From positions 1 to 52,251 of the forward strand of contig JBBRSU010000005.1 of NCBI GenBank assembly GCA_038245195.1: 52,251 bases of DNA. Direction: 5' to 3'. This document shows, one piece after another, positions 22,608-31,445 of this stretch. Each line of letters begins with the position of its first letter. The stretch's first letter is position 1. A program made the translations under genes and the position numbers. The stretch is from Candidatus Saccharimonadales bacterium. Lineage in GTDB: Bacteria > Patescibacteriota > Saccharimonadia > Saccharimonadales > UBA10212. The notes below the pieces were generated by a model. The model was not told the origin of the DNA and searched no databases. It was given only the letters and a program-made list of their open reading frames with translations.

Positions 22608-23177
22608 ATGAGTGAACATTTGAAAAAATCTGAGCAAGATATTAATGCTAATAAAGAAGTACTGGTAAACCATGAGGTTCAACCACCGATCGCGGAGAAG
22701 AAGATCGCTCAGCATGAAAAGCTGGATATTGAAAAAACCCGAAGACAAGTAGAGCAACTCACCAAAGCATCTTTAGAGAAAAATGCCGACGAGCCTGACC
22801 GCCCTGGCATTAGCACTAATAATGTCTTGCAAGCTAATATGGAGCCGGCAGCTGTGGTGCTAAATAGGACATTAAGGGCAGTTCGTAGGAACCTTACACC
22901 GTCGGAAAAGGTTTTTAGTAAATTTATTCATAACCCAATCATTAATAACGTTAGCGAGCTAACCTCCAAGACCCTAGCTAGACCCTACGCCCTTTTATCC
23001 GGAGGTATCGTGGCAATTATTGGAAGCGCCGGCTATCTTTACTACACGCATCATTTGGGATACAAATATAACTATTTTGTGCCACTGCTTCTATTTGCAG
23101 GGGGGTTAGTTGCTGGCATTATCGTTGAACTATCATACAAAACCATTTCTCGAAGCAGAAAAACACCTAGGCTTTAG
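22608..23177 (+). CDS. Hypothetical membrane protein (two C-terminal TM helices)
   Basis: 189-aa ORF 2 nt after the LPxTG gene, GGAGG upstream, charged N-half. Confidence 0.75.
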   Translation: MSEHLKKSEQDINANKEVLVNHEVQPPIAEKKIAQHEKLDIEKTRRQVEQLTKASLEKNADEPDRPGISTNNVLQANMEPAAVVLNRTLRAVRRNLTPSEKVFSKFIHNPIINNVSELTSKTLARPYALLSGGIVAIIGSAGYLYYTHHLGYKYNYFVPLLLFAGGLVAGIIVELSYKTISRSRKTPRL

Positions 23178-23512
23178 TGTGGGATGTCAATCCAGACGGC
23201 ATTCTCGTTGCCAATTGTCCAGCCGTCATGGCCAGGCGGAATATGGCCAACTTCACCCGCCACAAAGTCTGTTTCTTGACCTTTGTTGTCTAGAATGGCC
23301 AGACTCCCCGATACCATGTAAATAATATGCTCTATCTGGCAAATATCAGTTTTTGCTATAGGCTTTATGTGCACTGACCATTTCCAACCTGGTTCAGCCG
23401 TAGCCCGAGGCAACTCTAATCCGCCAACTTTAACAATGTCCATCTTCATTTTTTCCACCTGATCCATTGTTTTATCTGGTGTACCGAAACTTTTCTTAAC
23501 CACATCACTCAT
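23174..23512 (-). CDS. Cupin-domain protein
   Basis: EPGWKWS, CQIEH, IPPGHDGW; SD AAGGAG. Confidence 0.85.
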   Translation of the reverse strand: MSDVVKKSFGTPDKTMDQVEKMKMDIVKVGGLELPRATAEPGWKWSVHIKPIAKTDICQIEHIIYMVSGSLAILDNKGQETDFVAGEVGHIPPGHDGWTIGNENAVWIDIPH

Positions 23513-23707
23513 GATAAACTCCTTACTTTATGTATATTCTAACCCCTGGGTTGTATAAACGACAAACAGATAATCGCTGGATAGCTTAGACGCGTTAGGA
23601 CCAAATTGATCGCAAGTCTATCTTAATCTGTCATACAGGTACAAGATTATTATGGGCAGCCATTCCGCAATTTGCTCTGACGTATGGAATTACTTATGAT
23701 AAACGTA

Positions 23708-24619
23708 ATGGATCATGCGATAGTCACTAACAAACTGTCTAAAAAATACCGCCAGGCTGACTCATATGCCTTGCACAACCTAACGATACACATCAATGCT
23801 GGCGAAGTATACGGCTTTTTGGGGCCGAACGGAGCCGGTAAATCTACCACGATCCGGACACTCATGAACTTTCTTTACCCGACTAGTGGCAGTGCGTTAA
23901 TTCTTGGCCATGACATTGCTAAGGACGCCGTTAGTATTAAGCGAGAAGTTGGCTATCTGGCTGGGGATGGCGCAGTTTACTCTAAAATGACTGGTCATCA
24001 GTATTTAGAGTATCTTGGCGAACTACAGCCGCCAACGACTAAAGACTATAAACAAGGCCTCGTCAAACGGCTGCAGGCCAATTTGGGCGTGCCTCTTGGA
24101 ACGTTGTCTCGTGGTAACAGACAAAAGATTTCGATTATTCAAGCTTTCATGCACCAGCCAAAAGTTATGATTTTAGATGAACCCAGTAGTGGCCTAGACC
24201 CATTAATGCAAGAAGTATTTTATGAACTAATTGCCGAGGCTAAAGCTCGGGGTACGGCTATTTTTATGAGTAGCCACATCTTGGACGAAGTTGAAAAAAT
24301 ATGTGACCGGGTTGGAATTATTCGTGAAGGCAAGCTGGTTGCTGAGCGTAACATTGCTGAGATGGCTAAAGAAGCTTCACAAACTTTTGACTTGACGTTT
24401 AGAGATGCCTGTCCGCTCAGTGAGTTAAGAAAACTTTCAAGTGTGAAAAAAATAGTTGTAAATAATCCTCGTGGTGTAACGCTGCATGTCCAAGGTGACC
24501 TTACGCCATTCTTTGCCTTGCTGGCTCAGCACCCGGTTAGTAAAATCGATACAAGGGTGCTCGACCTTGAAGAAGCTTTTGTTCACTACTACCAGATCAA
24601 AGGAAATCAGCATGCATAG
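23708..24619 (+). CDS. ABC exporter ATP-binding protein
   Basis: GPNGAGKS, LSRGNRQK, ILDEP, SSH. Start ATG 23708 chosen because it lies 7 nt below TATGAT. Confidence 0.9.
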   Translation: MDHAIVTNKLSKKYRQADSYALHNLTIHINAGEVYGFLGPNGAGKSTTIRTLMNFLYPTSGSALILGHDIAKDAVSIKREVGYLAGDGAVYSKMTGHQYLEYLGELQPPTTKDYKQGLVKRLQANLGVPLGTLSRGNRQKISIIQAFMHQPKVMILDEPSSGLDPLMQEVFYELIAEAKARGTAIFMSSHILDEVEKICDRVGIIREGKLVAERNIAEMAKEASQTFDLTFRDACPLSELRKLSSVKKIVVNNPRGVTLHVQGDLTPFFALLAQHPVSKIDTRVLDLEEAFVHYYQIKGNQHA

Positions 24620-25403
24620 TATATTGAAATGGACTCTCTGGCAACGTCGCTGGAGTATAGTTTGGTGGTGTGTTGGTGTCATTAGTTTGGTAGTAATAAC
24701 AATGGTCTTCTATCCAACTATACATAATCAAGCGGATTCGCTTAACAAAAGTTTTGGAGGCCTGAGCAACAACACCCTAGCTTTGTTTGGCGGCACCGAC
24801 TTCTTTTCACCAGTTGGGTATTTAAATAGCCAGCTCGTCTATTTGATGTTCCCACTCCTTTTGACAATTTTGGGAGTCGGTCTGGGCAGTAGCCTGATTG
24901 GTCGCGATGAGACAGATGGTACCATCGAATCCTTGTTGTCACGACCGATATCACGGACCAAATTGTTATCTTCTAAGGCCTTGGCTGGGGCTCTCATTGT
25001 TTTTATTGTTGCCAGCATTGGCTCGGCATTCATTATTGCAATGGCTCGGGTGGTTCATTTGGGTATTCCTCTTGGCAATATTGTCCTAGTCTGCACTGCC
25101 TGCTATCTCCTCGTACTCACCTTTAGCGCAGTGGCTTTCTTGCTAGCCGCAACTGGACGAGGCCGGGCCGCGGCACTTGGCATTGCGGGAGCCTACACCA
25201 TTGGTGGCTATATATTTGGATCACTGGCCAGTACCATACACTGGCTTAAGACCCCTAGTCTGATTTTTCCTTACCATTACTACCGTTCGGCAGACATTTT
25301 ACGTGGCGACTTCAATTGGTCATCAATCTGGTTTTTTACTATTTTTATCATAGGATGCTTGTTGCTGTCTTGGCTGAGCTTCCGCCGTCGAGACCTAGGT
25401 TAA
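24612..25403 (+). CDS. ABC-2 type exporter permease
   Basis: ATG 24612 overlaps the ATPase 3' end; DETDGTIESLLSRPISR; terminal FRRRDL; six TM segments. Confidence 0.88.
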   Translation: MHSILKWTLWQRRWSIVWWCVGVISLVVITMVFYPTIHNQADSLNKSFGGLSNNTLALFGGTDFFSPVGYLNSQLVYLMFPLLLTILGVGLGSSLIGRDETDGTIESLLSRPISRTKLLSSKALAGALIVFIVASIGSAFIIAMARVVHLGIPLGNIVLVCTACYLLVLTFSAVAFLLAATGRGRAAALGIAGAYTIGGYIFGSLASTIHWLKTPSLIFPYHYYRSADILRGDFNWSSIWFFTIFIIGCLLLSWLSFRRRDLG

Positions 25404-25664
25404 AATGACTATTTTACGCTAATAGATGACTACTATTACTTCATAGGTTCTAGAAGATTATTTTATTGTGCTCATGCTTCAGTCGCCTGTCTGCGACGAA
25501 GTTATAACCATACTCTAAAAAAAGGGGGGGCTGAACTTGAACAAGATAACAGATTAGTGAAATTCATTAACAGAGGTTAGATTTTAATTAGCTTGGCAAT
25601 ACAAATATTCCTGTCCTCTGTAAATAAGCATACCCTGCTATAAGGTCTTGTTTAATGCAAATTA

Positions 25665-25738
25665 TGGCTGGGAGTGAGGGATTCGAACCCCCGATCCTGG
25701 GACCAGAACCCAGTGCCTTACCGCTTGGCCAACTCCCA
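25665..25738 (-). tRNA. tRNA-Gln(CTG)
   Basis: TGGGAGTTGGCCAAGCGGTAAGGCA-CTGGG-TTCTGGT-CCCAG...GGTTCGAATCC...CTCCCAGCCA; TATAAT upstream. Confidence 0.95.
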
Positions 25739-25810
25739 TCAATTTTAACCCTGTTATTATAGCGTTTAACTTAATATATAACTAGGTACAGAGTATACTT
25801 AAGCTTAACT

Positions 25811-26440
25811 ATGATGCATCCGATTGAGCGTAATGAATTATGGCACGCCCAAGCCGCTATTTTCATAGCAATTCTTTTACAGCTGACACTATCTGACTCG
25901 CTCCGAGTCGGGCCGAAATTTCTAGTAGCCGGACTCGAGCTACTGCTTGTGTTGGGTGTTGGCTATACCGGACCCCGCCGTCATAAAGAAACAGCCACCA
26001 CTCACCGAACAATTTCTGTTTTACTTATCGGTTTAGTTTCAATGGCCAATGCCGGGCAGTTAGCTTTGCTTATCAGGGCCCTAATTAATGGCAGTAATCT
26101 GCCTGGGAAATCACTACTGACAGGTGCGTTGGCAATTTTTCTGACCAATATTATAATGTTTGGGCTATGGTATTGGGAGCTCGGCAGCCCCGGTTTGAGC
26201 GGCCATCACGAAGGTGATGGGGATAAGCATTTCTTATTTCCGCCAAACCCTAATAATAGAGATTGGCGACCAACGTTCTCGGACTATTTATATGTTTCCC
26301 TCACTAATGGCACGGCCTTCAGTCCCACCGACACTATGCCACTTACTCACGCAGCCAAAACTCTAATGAGTGCCCAGGCCCTAATTTCATTGCTTACTGT
26401 CGTACTTGTAACCGCCCGCGCAGTCAATATCTTAGGATAA
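25811..26440 (+). CDS. DUF1345-family membrane protein
   Basis: FGLWYWEL, WRPTFSDYLYVSLTNGTAFSPTDTMPL, ARAVNIL. Confidence 0.8.
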   Translation: MMHPIERNELWHAQAAIFIAILLQLTLSDSLRVGPKFLVAGLELLLVLGVGYTGPRRHKETATTHRTISVLLIGLVSMANAGQLALLIRALINGSNLPGKSLLTGALAIFLTNIIMFGLWYWELGSPGLSGHHEGDGDKHFLFPPNPNNRDWRPTFSDYLYVSLTNGTAFSPTDTMPLTHAAKTLMSAQALISLLTVVLVTARAVNILG

Positions 26441-26442
26441 TT

Positions 26443-27057
26443 CTAATTCGAAAGCATTCCGAAAAATTCACCAGCTTTTTGCCAGTTAACTACATTCCAC
26501 CAAGCATCTACATAGTCGGGACGCTTGTTTTGATATTTCAAATAATAAGCGTGTTCCCAAACATCAAGCCCCAATATGGGAGCGTGATTTTTATCTTCCA
26601 TAACTGGGCTATCCTGATTAGGTGTCGAGCAAATGTGAAGCTTACCTTGATATGAACAAAGCCAAACCCAGCCGCTACCGAATCGTGCCAATGCGGACTC
26701 TTTAAATTTGGCTTTAAACTCATCGGTACTACCAAAGGTGCTAGTGACAGCAGACGCTAACTCGCCACTTGGCTGTCTATCCCCATTAGGCCCAATTATG
26801 GTCCAAAAGAAACTATGGTTGGCATGTCCGCCTCCATTATTTCGCACTACAGTTCGAATATTCTCCGGGACCTTATCCAAATTAGTTATTAACTCCATGA
26901 TATCCATGTTTGATAAATCATCATGTCCAGCCAATGCGTCGTTAAGTTTAGTAACATAGGCCGAATGATGTTTATCGTGGTGAATTTCCATAGTTTGAGC
27001 ATCAATATACGGCTCGAGAGCATCGAACTCATAGCCTAAATCTGGCAGTTTGAACAT
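26443..27057 (-). CDS. sodA: Fe/Mn superoxide dismutase (Mn-type signature)
   Basis: [26 protein letters not shown]. Confidence 0.95.
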   Translation of the reverse strand: MFKLPDLGYEFDALEPYIDAQTMEIHHDKHHSAYVTKLNDALAGHDDLSNMDIMELITNLDKVPENIRTVVRNNGGGHANHSFFWTIIGPNGDRQPSGELASAVTSTFGSTDEFKAKFKESALARFGSGWVWLCSYQGKLHICSTPNQDSPVMEDKNHAPILGLDVWEHAYYLKYQNKRPDYVDAWWNVVNWQKAGEFFGMLSN

Positions 27058-27084
27058 CTGTCCCTCCCCTAGTTTGAAATTAAA

Positions 27085-27570
27085 TTATCGTTTTGAATGC
27101 CACTTTAGCAACTCAGCGGCATATACCACCCAGAAAAGTAGGATACTTACTTCTAGGATAGTCCACCAACCCGGTGATTGGGTGAGATATTTACCAAAGA
27201 AGCCGCTGTTAGGTAGTTGACCGGCACCTCCGTTAACCGTGACTTGCAAGTTTTCGACAAACCAAAAGCCACTGACCAAGACTGCTAGGCTGATGCCGAA
27301 CATCCTAACCATGCCATTTAAATTTATTTGCAGTAAGCTTAATGCCCCCCAAACTTCCGCGACAATTACAACTACAGCCACAACCGCTGGCCAGCCGACC
27401 CGAATTTCATCTAACCAATCCTTAAATTTGCCAAAACTTACAATCTGTAGAATTGCCATCACAGCCAAGACAATGGCTGGTATGGCCAGAATGTTCCAGT
27501 GCCTTTGAGATAGACCTGGTTTTGTGTTTCCCCCACTCCAGTTCGCTCGATAGTCAGTAAATGACTTCAT
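27085..27570 (-). CDS. Hypothetical four-TM membrane protein
   Basis: Four hydrophobic segments; GAGGGG upstream; same strand as sodA. Confidence 0.7.
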   Translation of the reverse strand: MKSFTDYRANWSGGNTKPGLSQRHWNILAIPAIVLAVMAILQIVSFGKFKDWLDEIRVGWPAVVAVVVIVAEVWGALSLLQINLNGMVRMFGISLAVLVSGFWFVENLQVTVNGGAGQLPNSGFFGKYLTQSPGWWTILEVSILLFWVVYAAELLKWHSKR

Positions 27571-27623
27571 TACTTTTCCCCTCGTTTATTATTTATGTTC
27601 TTATAATACACCACGATGGAGGT

Positions 27624-28265
27624 TTATTTTTGGTTTTCTTTGCGCCACTTTTCGATTTGAGCATGGTGACCACTCAGCAAAACCTCCGGGACTTTTAGTC
27701 CTTGGAATTCTTCCGGTCGAGTATAATGCGGATGCTCTTTTTCACTATCTAAACTGAAACTTTCATTTAAGGCGCTGGTGGCTCCGCCCAGCACTCCTGG
27801 TATTAACCGAGTTACGGCGTCGGCTATAATCATAGCCGGTAATTCGCCCCCAGTTAGAATATATTTGCCAACCGAAATTTCTAAATCAACCAAGCTGGTG
27901 ATTCGCTCATCGTAGCCTTCGTAATGACCGCAAATCATAATTAACCCAGATTGAGTCGATGAAAATTCTTGAGCCAGTTTTTGATTAAACAACTGCCCTC
28001 GGGGGGTCATTAATAAAACTTGGGCATTGGGGTCAGATTTTTTTGCTTTCTCTACAGCTGCAAATAGCGGTTCGGGCTTTAGGACCATGCCATCGCCCCC
28101 GCCATAAGGAATGTCGTCGACCTGCTTACGAGCACCAATTCCAAAATCACGTAAATTGATGAGCCTGTACTGCACAAGGTTTTCTTTCTGGGCTTTCCAG
28201 AGCATACTCGAATTAAACACACCCTCAAACATCTCCGGAAACAGAGTAATTATTTGAATTGTCAT
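27624..28265 (-). CDS. trmD: tRNA (guanine37-N1)-methyltransferase
   Basis: VDDIPYGGGDGM, CGHYEGYDER, YILTGGELPA. Confidence 0.97.
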   Translation of the reverse strand: MTIQIITLFPEMFEGVFNSSMLWKAQKENLVQYRLINLRDFGIGARKQVDDIPYGGGDGMVLKPEPLFAAVEKAKKSDPNAQVLLMTPRGQLFNQKLAQEFSSTQSGLIMICGHYEGYDERITSLVDLEISVGKYILTGGELPAMIIADAVTRLIPGVLGGATSALNESFSLDSEKEHPHYTRPEEFQGLKVPEVLLSGHHAQIEKWRKENQK

Positions 28266-28272
28266 ACTGGGT

Positions 28273-28788
28273 TTATAAATCTAAGTCGTCAAGGTCTGCT
28301 AACTCGGCACGAGTCCGGCTGGCCAAATCGGCATGGTCGGTATCTTTAGTCGCCGTTTTCGGCAAATCGTCTTCGCTCATATCAATAGCCTCGGCTTTTG
28401 TTACCGGTGTCTCAGCTTCAACGGTTTCTTCAGCTGGTTTTTCGGAAACATCGCTGTCCGAATTAGTTTGTCTATGATCATCAGCTGGACTGTCGTTAGT
28501 TTGATTATCATCTTGCGGAGACCTTGGAGGCCGTTGACCACCAACATCGATAATTCTTAGATTATAGCGGGCATCGTTTTTGGTCCCTAAGGCCCGCAAC
28601 AAAGTGCGCAAACTCTGGGCAGTTGCACCTCGTTTGCCAATCACTCGACCAAGGTCTTCGGGATCAACCGTGAGTTCTAATAAAACACCTTTTTCGTCGA
28701 TTGTACGTTGGATTTTTACAGCGTCGGGATTTCCGACCACCGATTTCACGATATATTCGATAAATTGTTCGTCAATACTACTGGACAT
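28273..28788 (-). CDS. khpA: KH-domain RNA-binding protein KhpA with an acidic C-terminal extension
   Basis: DLGRVIGKRG; position between rpsP and trmD; ATG 28788 follows AAGGAG. Confidence 0.9.
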   Translation of the reverse strand: MSSSIDEQFIEYIVKSVVGNPDAVKIQRTIDEKGVLLELTVDPEDLGRVIGKRGATAQSLRTLLRALGTKNDARYNLRIIDVGGQRPPRSPQDDNQTNDSPADDHRQTNSDSDVSEKPAEETVEAETPVTKAEAIDMSEDDLPKTATKDTDHADLASRTRAELADLDDLDL

Positions 28789-28854
28789 CTGTCTCTCCTT
28801 ATCTAGTACCAATAATTATATCAGCTGGTTTTGACTTAATGAATCGATAAAGCT

Positions 28855-29400
28855 CTAGCTGGCTGGGTCTTGGGCTGGTTTTTCAGGTGTGTCTTCGATT
28901 TTAGAACTGTCATTAGTAGTGACTTCGTCTTGGTTTTGAGATTCAGGTGCATCGGGTTGAACGGTTTTTTCCGATTGGTCTTTAGGCTCGGTGGCTACAG
29001 CTTCTGTAACTGGTTCTGCATGGGTTTCCACTTCAGGAGCCTTGGGTTCGGTTGCTTGCCCCGTAGAATCCGCGGGTGAATCGTCTGGGGGTCGAGTGCT
29101 ACGGCGTTTGTCTGGATTGCGGGTGGTTTTTTCCTTAGGGCTATCAAGCTTGACCCATTCTGGTAGCTTAATACCTTTTTGTTTCATCAGTCGGGCAACC
29201 CTATCAGATGGCTGGGCACCACTGCTCAAATACTGGGAGGCCTTTTCAGAATCAATTTCAGATGTTTTAGTGTGAGGATTATAGCTACCCAAATAAGCTA
29301 CCACTCGGCCTCGAGTTGGGCTAAAACGGCTATCCTGAACAATCACCCTAAATTGGCTATGTCCGGAACGCCCGGTACGCTGTAAGCGAATAGCTAGCAT
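28855..29400 (-). CDS. rpsP: 30S ribosomal protein bS16 with a long acidic tail
   Basis: MLAIRLQRTG, LGSYNP, GAQPSDRV. Confidence 0.95.
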   Translation of the reverse strand: MLAIRLQRTGRSGHSQFRVIVQDSRFSPTRGRVVAYLGSYNPHTKTSEIDSEKASQYLSSGAQPSDRVARLMKQKGIKLPEWVKLDSPKEKTTRNPDKRRSTRPPDDSPADSTGQATEPKAPEVETHAEPVTEAVATEPKDQSEKTVQPDAPESQNQDEVTTNDSSKIEDTPEKPAQDPAS

Positions 29401-29430
29401 TAAATGTTTACTCCTTGCACAGTCTTACAA

Positions 29431-29459
29431 AGTTTACAGATATGCACCCCTGTTGTCAA
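29431..29459 (-). promoter_or_regulatory. Sigma-70-type promoter of rpsP
   Basis: TTGACA-N17-TAAACT on the minus strand, then AAGGAG and ATG. Confidence 0.75.
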
Positions 29460-29460
29460 C

Positions 29461-30150
29461 CTATGCATATTGCTTCAAGGCGTCGGCAGCCGCCGAAACC
29501 TGGGCGGCCTGCTTGCTGGGCCCACTTCCCTGGCCTTTAACTTCATTATTAACAAACACGCCAATTACGAATAACTTATCGTGGTCGGGACCGTCTTCAC
29601 TTAGCACTTTATATACTGGCGTAAAGCCTTCCTTGTTCTGAACAACCTCTTGTAACTGAGATTTAGGATCAAGCCAACTACCGGCCCGCAAAATCTCTTC
29701 GAAAGTCGGTAACAAGGTTCTTGTAATAAAGTCGAGCGAGGCCTGGTAACCTTTATCTAGATAAAGTGCTCCAATGACGGCTTCGTAGGTATTGGCCAAG
29801 ATTTGCTCACGGGCTCTGGCCGAACCGCGCTTTTCACCTCGGCTCAGGCGTAATAACACCTCGAACTCTTCTCGCTCAGCGGCGGCACTAATACTTTCGG
29901 TACGTACCAAGGCACTGCGCCAGTTGGTCAAGATTCCCTCAGGCTCTTTGTAGTTGTTATAAAGATGCTCGGTTACAACCATCTCTAATACGGCGTCTCC
30001 GAGAAACTCCAATCTTTCATTATGTTCTTGGGCAGTTTTTTTGTGCTCATTTAAATATGAACGATGGGTGAAAGCGGTAACTAAAAGCTTTATATCGTTG
30101 AAACCGCCAAAGTGAGTTTGGGCGAAATCTTGATATTTGGTAATGTCCAT
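29461..30150 (-). CDS. rnc: Ribonuclease III
   Basis: HNERLEFLGDAVL and a dsRBD (DPKSQLQE...SKQAAQ). Confidence 0.97.
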   Translation of the reverse strand: MDITKYQDFAQTHFGGFNDIKLLVTAFTHRSYLNEHKKTAQEHNERLEFLGDAVLEMVVTEHLYNNYKEPEGILTNWRSALVRTESISAAAEREEFEVLLRLSRGEKRGSARAREQILANTYEAVIGALYLDKGYQASLDFITRTLLPTFEEILRAGSWLDPKSQLQEVVQNKEGFTPVYKVLSEDGPDHDKLFVIGVFVNNEVKGQGSGPSKQAAQVSAAADALKQYA

Positions 30151-30168
30151 GAATTATTCAATATCTCC

Positions 30169-30663
30169 TTATTTAGTAGTTCTAATTTTCTTTAAACCAA
30201 GCAATATTAGTTTGCCGATATCATCATACTCAATTTTTTCTAAGGCATCTTTGGCGCTTAGCCAACCAAGACTGGTCATCCACTTTTCGGGCTTAATTTT
30301 ATCATCGTTGCCTAAAGCCTTAACTAAAAATATTTCGGTGGTCATTAGGACCAGGCTATTGCCCCGACGATAGCGAAAGTTTATTTTGCCCAACCAATCT
30401 TGAATTTTCATCTGTTGTAGACCAGTTTCTTCGCGGATTTCCCGCTCAGCAGTTTGTCGGGCGGTTTCTCCCTCTTCAATATGCCCCTTGGGAATTGTCC
30501 AGCGACCTTTGGAGTCCTGGATAAGTAATATCTCAATCTCGCTTGATTGGGACCGGCGATAGACAATCCCACCAGCGGTTGGCTCGCGAACAACTTCGCT
30601 GATAGCCGGCCGGTGTAGCTTTACAAACTTCTTAAAGCCGGTAATTGGCTTAGGTCGATTCAT
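30169..30663 (-). CDS. NUDIX hydrolase
   Basis: Nudix box GHIEEGETARQTAEREIREETG. Confidence 0.92.
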   Translation of the reverse strand: MNRPKPITGFKKFVKLHRPAISEVVREPTAGGIVYRRSQSSEIEILLIQDSKGRWTIPKGHIEEGETARQTAEREIREETGLQQMKIQDWLGKINFRYRRGNSLVLMTTEIFLVKALGNDDKIKPEKWMTSLGWLSAKDALEKIEYDDIGKLILLGLKKIRTTK

Positions 30664-30677
30664 GATCTAGTTTAAGA

Positions 30678-31154
30678 TTATTCCTTTTTAGATTTGGTAG
30701 TCTTTTTAGAGCTTGTTTTAGTGGTCTTTTCGGTTTGATTTCGCAATACTGTGCCTAGTACACCATTGATGAACTTAGATGAGTTATCACCGCCGAAGGC
30801 TTTGGCTAGCTCAACTGCCTCGTTAATCACAACTTTAGGCGGAACAGTCTCATCGAACATTAGTTCGTAAACACCTATTCGCAGGATTACTCGGTCCATT
30901 CGAGCAATCTGTTCGATTGGCCATTCGGGGGCTACTGGGCGAATCACATCATCTAATGCATCGCCCTTGGCACTGACACCGCGAACTAGGCTCTCGATAA
31001 AGGCTTTATCTTCAATCGTCTCTTCATAGCGGGCAATATTGCGCGCCAAGACATCCTCAAGATCAAGCCCTGGATCGTTAACCTCACGTCGAAAGTCCTG
31101 CTCATAAAGAGTTTGCAGGGCCACGATGCGTCCTAGATGGCGGTTAGCACTCAT
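30678..31154 (-). CDS. nusB: Transcription antitermination factor NusB
   Basis: [28 protein letters not shown]. Confidence 0.96.
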   Translation of the reverse strand: MSANRHLGRIVALQTLYEQDFRREVNDPGLDLEDVLARNIARYEETIEDKAFIESLVRGVSAKGDALDDVIRPVAPEWPIEQIARMDRVILRIGVYELMFDETVPPKVVINEAVELAKAFGGDNSSKFINGVLGTVLRNQTEKTTKTSSKKTTKSKKE

Positions 31155-31212
31155 GTTGTTAATCTTTCCTTGCTAGACACTAATTTACAGTATACTCTAG
31201 CGTTTTGGTTGG

Positions 31213-31362
31213 CTACGAGTCGGTTTTGGCTGGGCTAGTTTTGGTTTTAGCTCCAACTTTTACCGGGCTTTTGCCGTTGACGCGTTTTGCCAGCTTGCTG
31301 AGCAAGTGGCTACGACGCATGCCAGTGCGGCGGGAACTGGTTCGTTTTTTGGGCTTACCCAA
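31213..31362 (-). CDS. rpmF: 50S ribosomal protein bL32 (49 aa, absent from the ORF track)
   Basis: TTG start 9 nt after GAGGAG; MGKPKKRTSSRRTGMRRSHLLSKLAKRVNGKSPVKVGAKTKTSPAKTDS*; matches the PKxxxSxxRxxxRRSH signature. Confidence 0.85.
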   Translation of the reverse strand: MGKPKKRTSSRRTGMRRSHLLSKLAKRVNGKSPVKVGAKTKTSPAKTDS

Positions 31363-31445
31363 CTTTCATTACTCCTCTTTGAGCTTTAATATTAACTTGT
31401 AGCTTATATCGAATTATAACGATTTTTAAGTCAGAAAACAAGGGG

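Noticed and set aside
25517-25530. A7G7 homopolymer as a phase-variation tract
   Set aside because: It lies between convergent genes, not in a CDS or an evident promoter.
31355-31369. Mini ORF MKVG* overlapping the rpmF start
   Set aside because: Its ATG is only 2 nt from the SD; the TTG at 9 nt fits far better.
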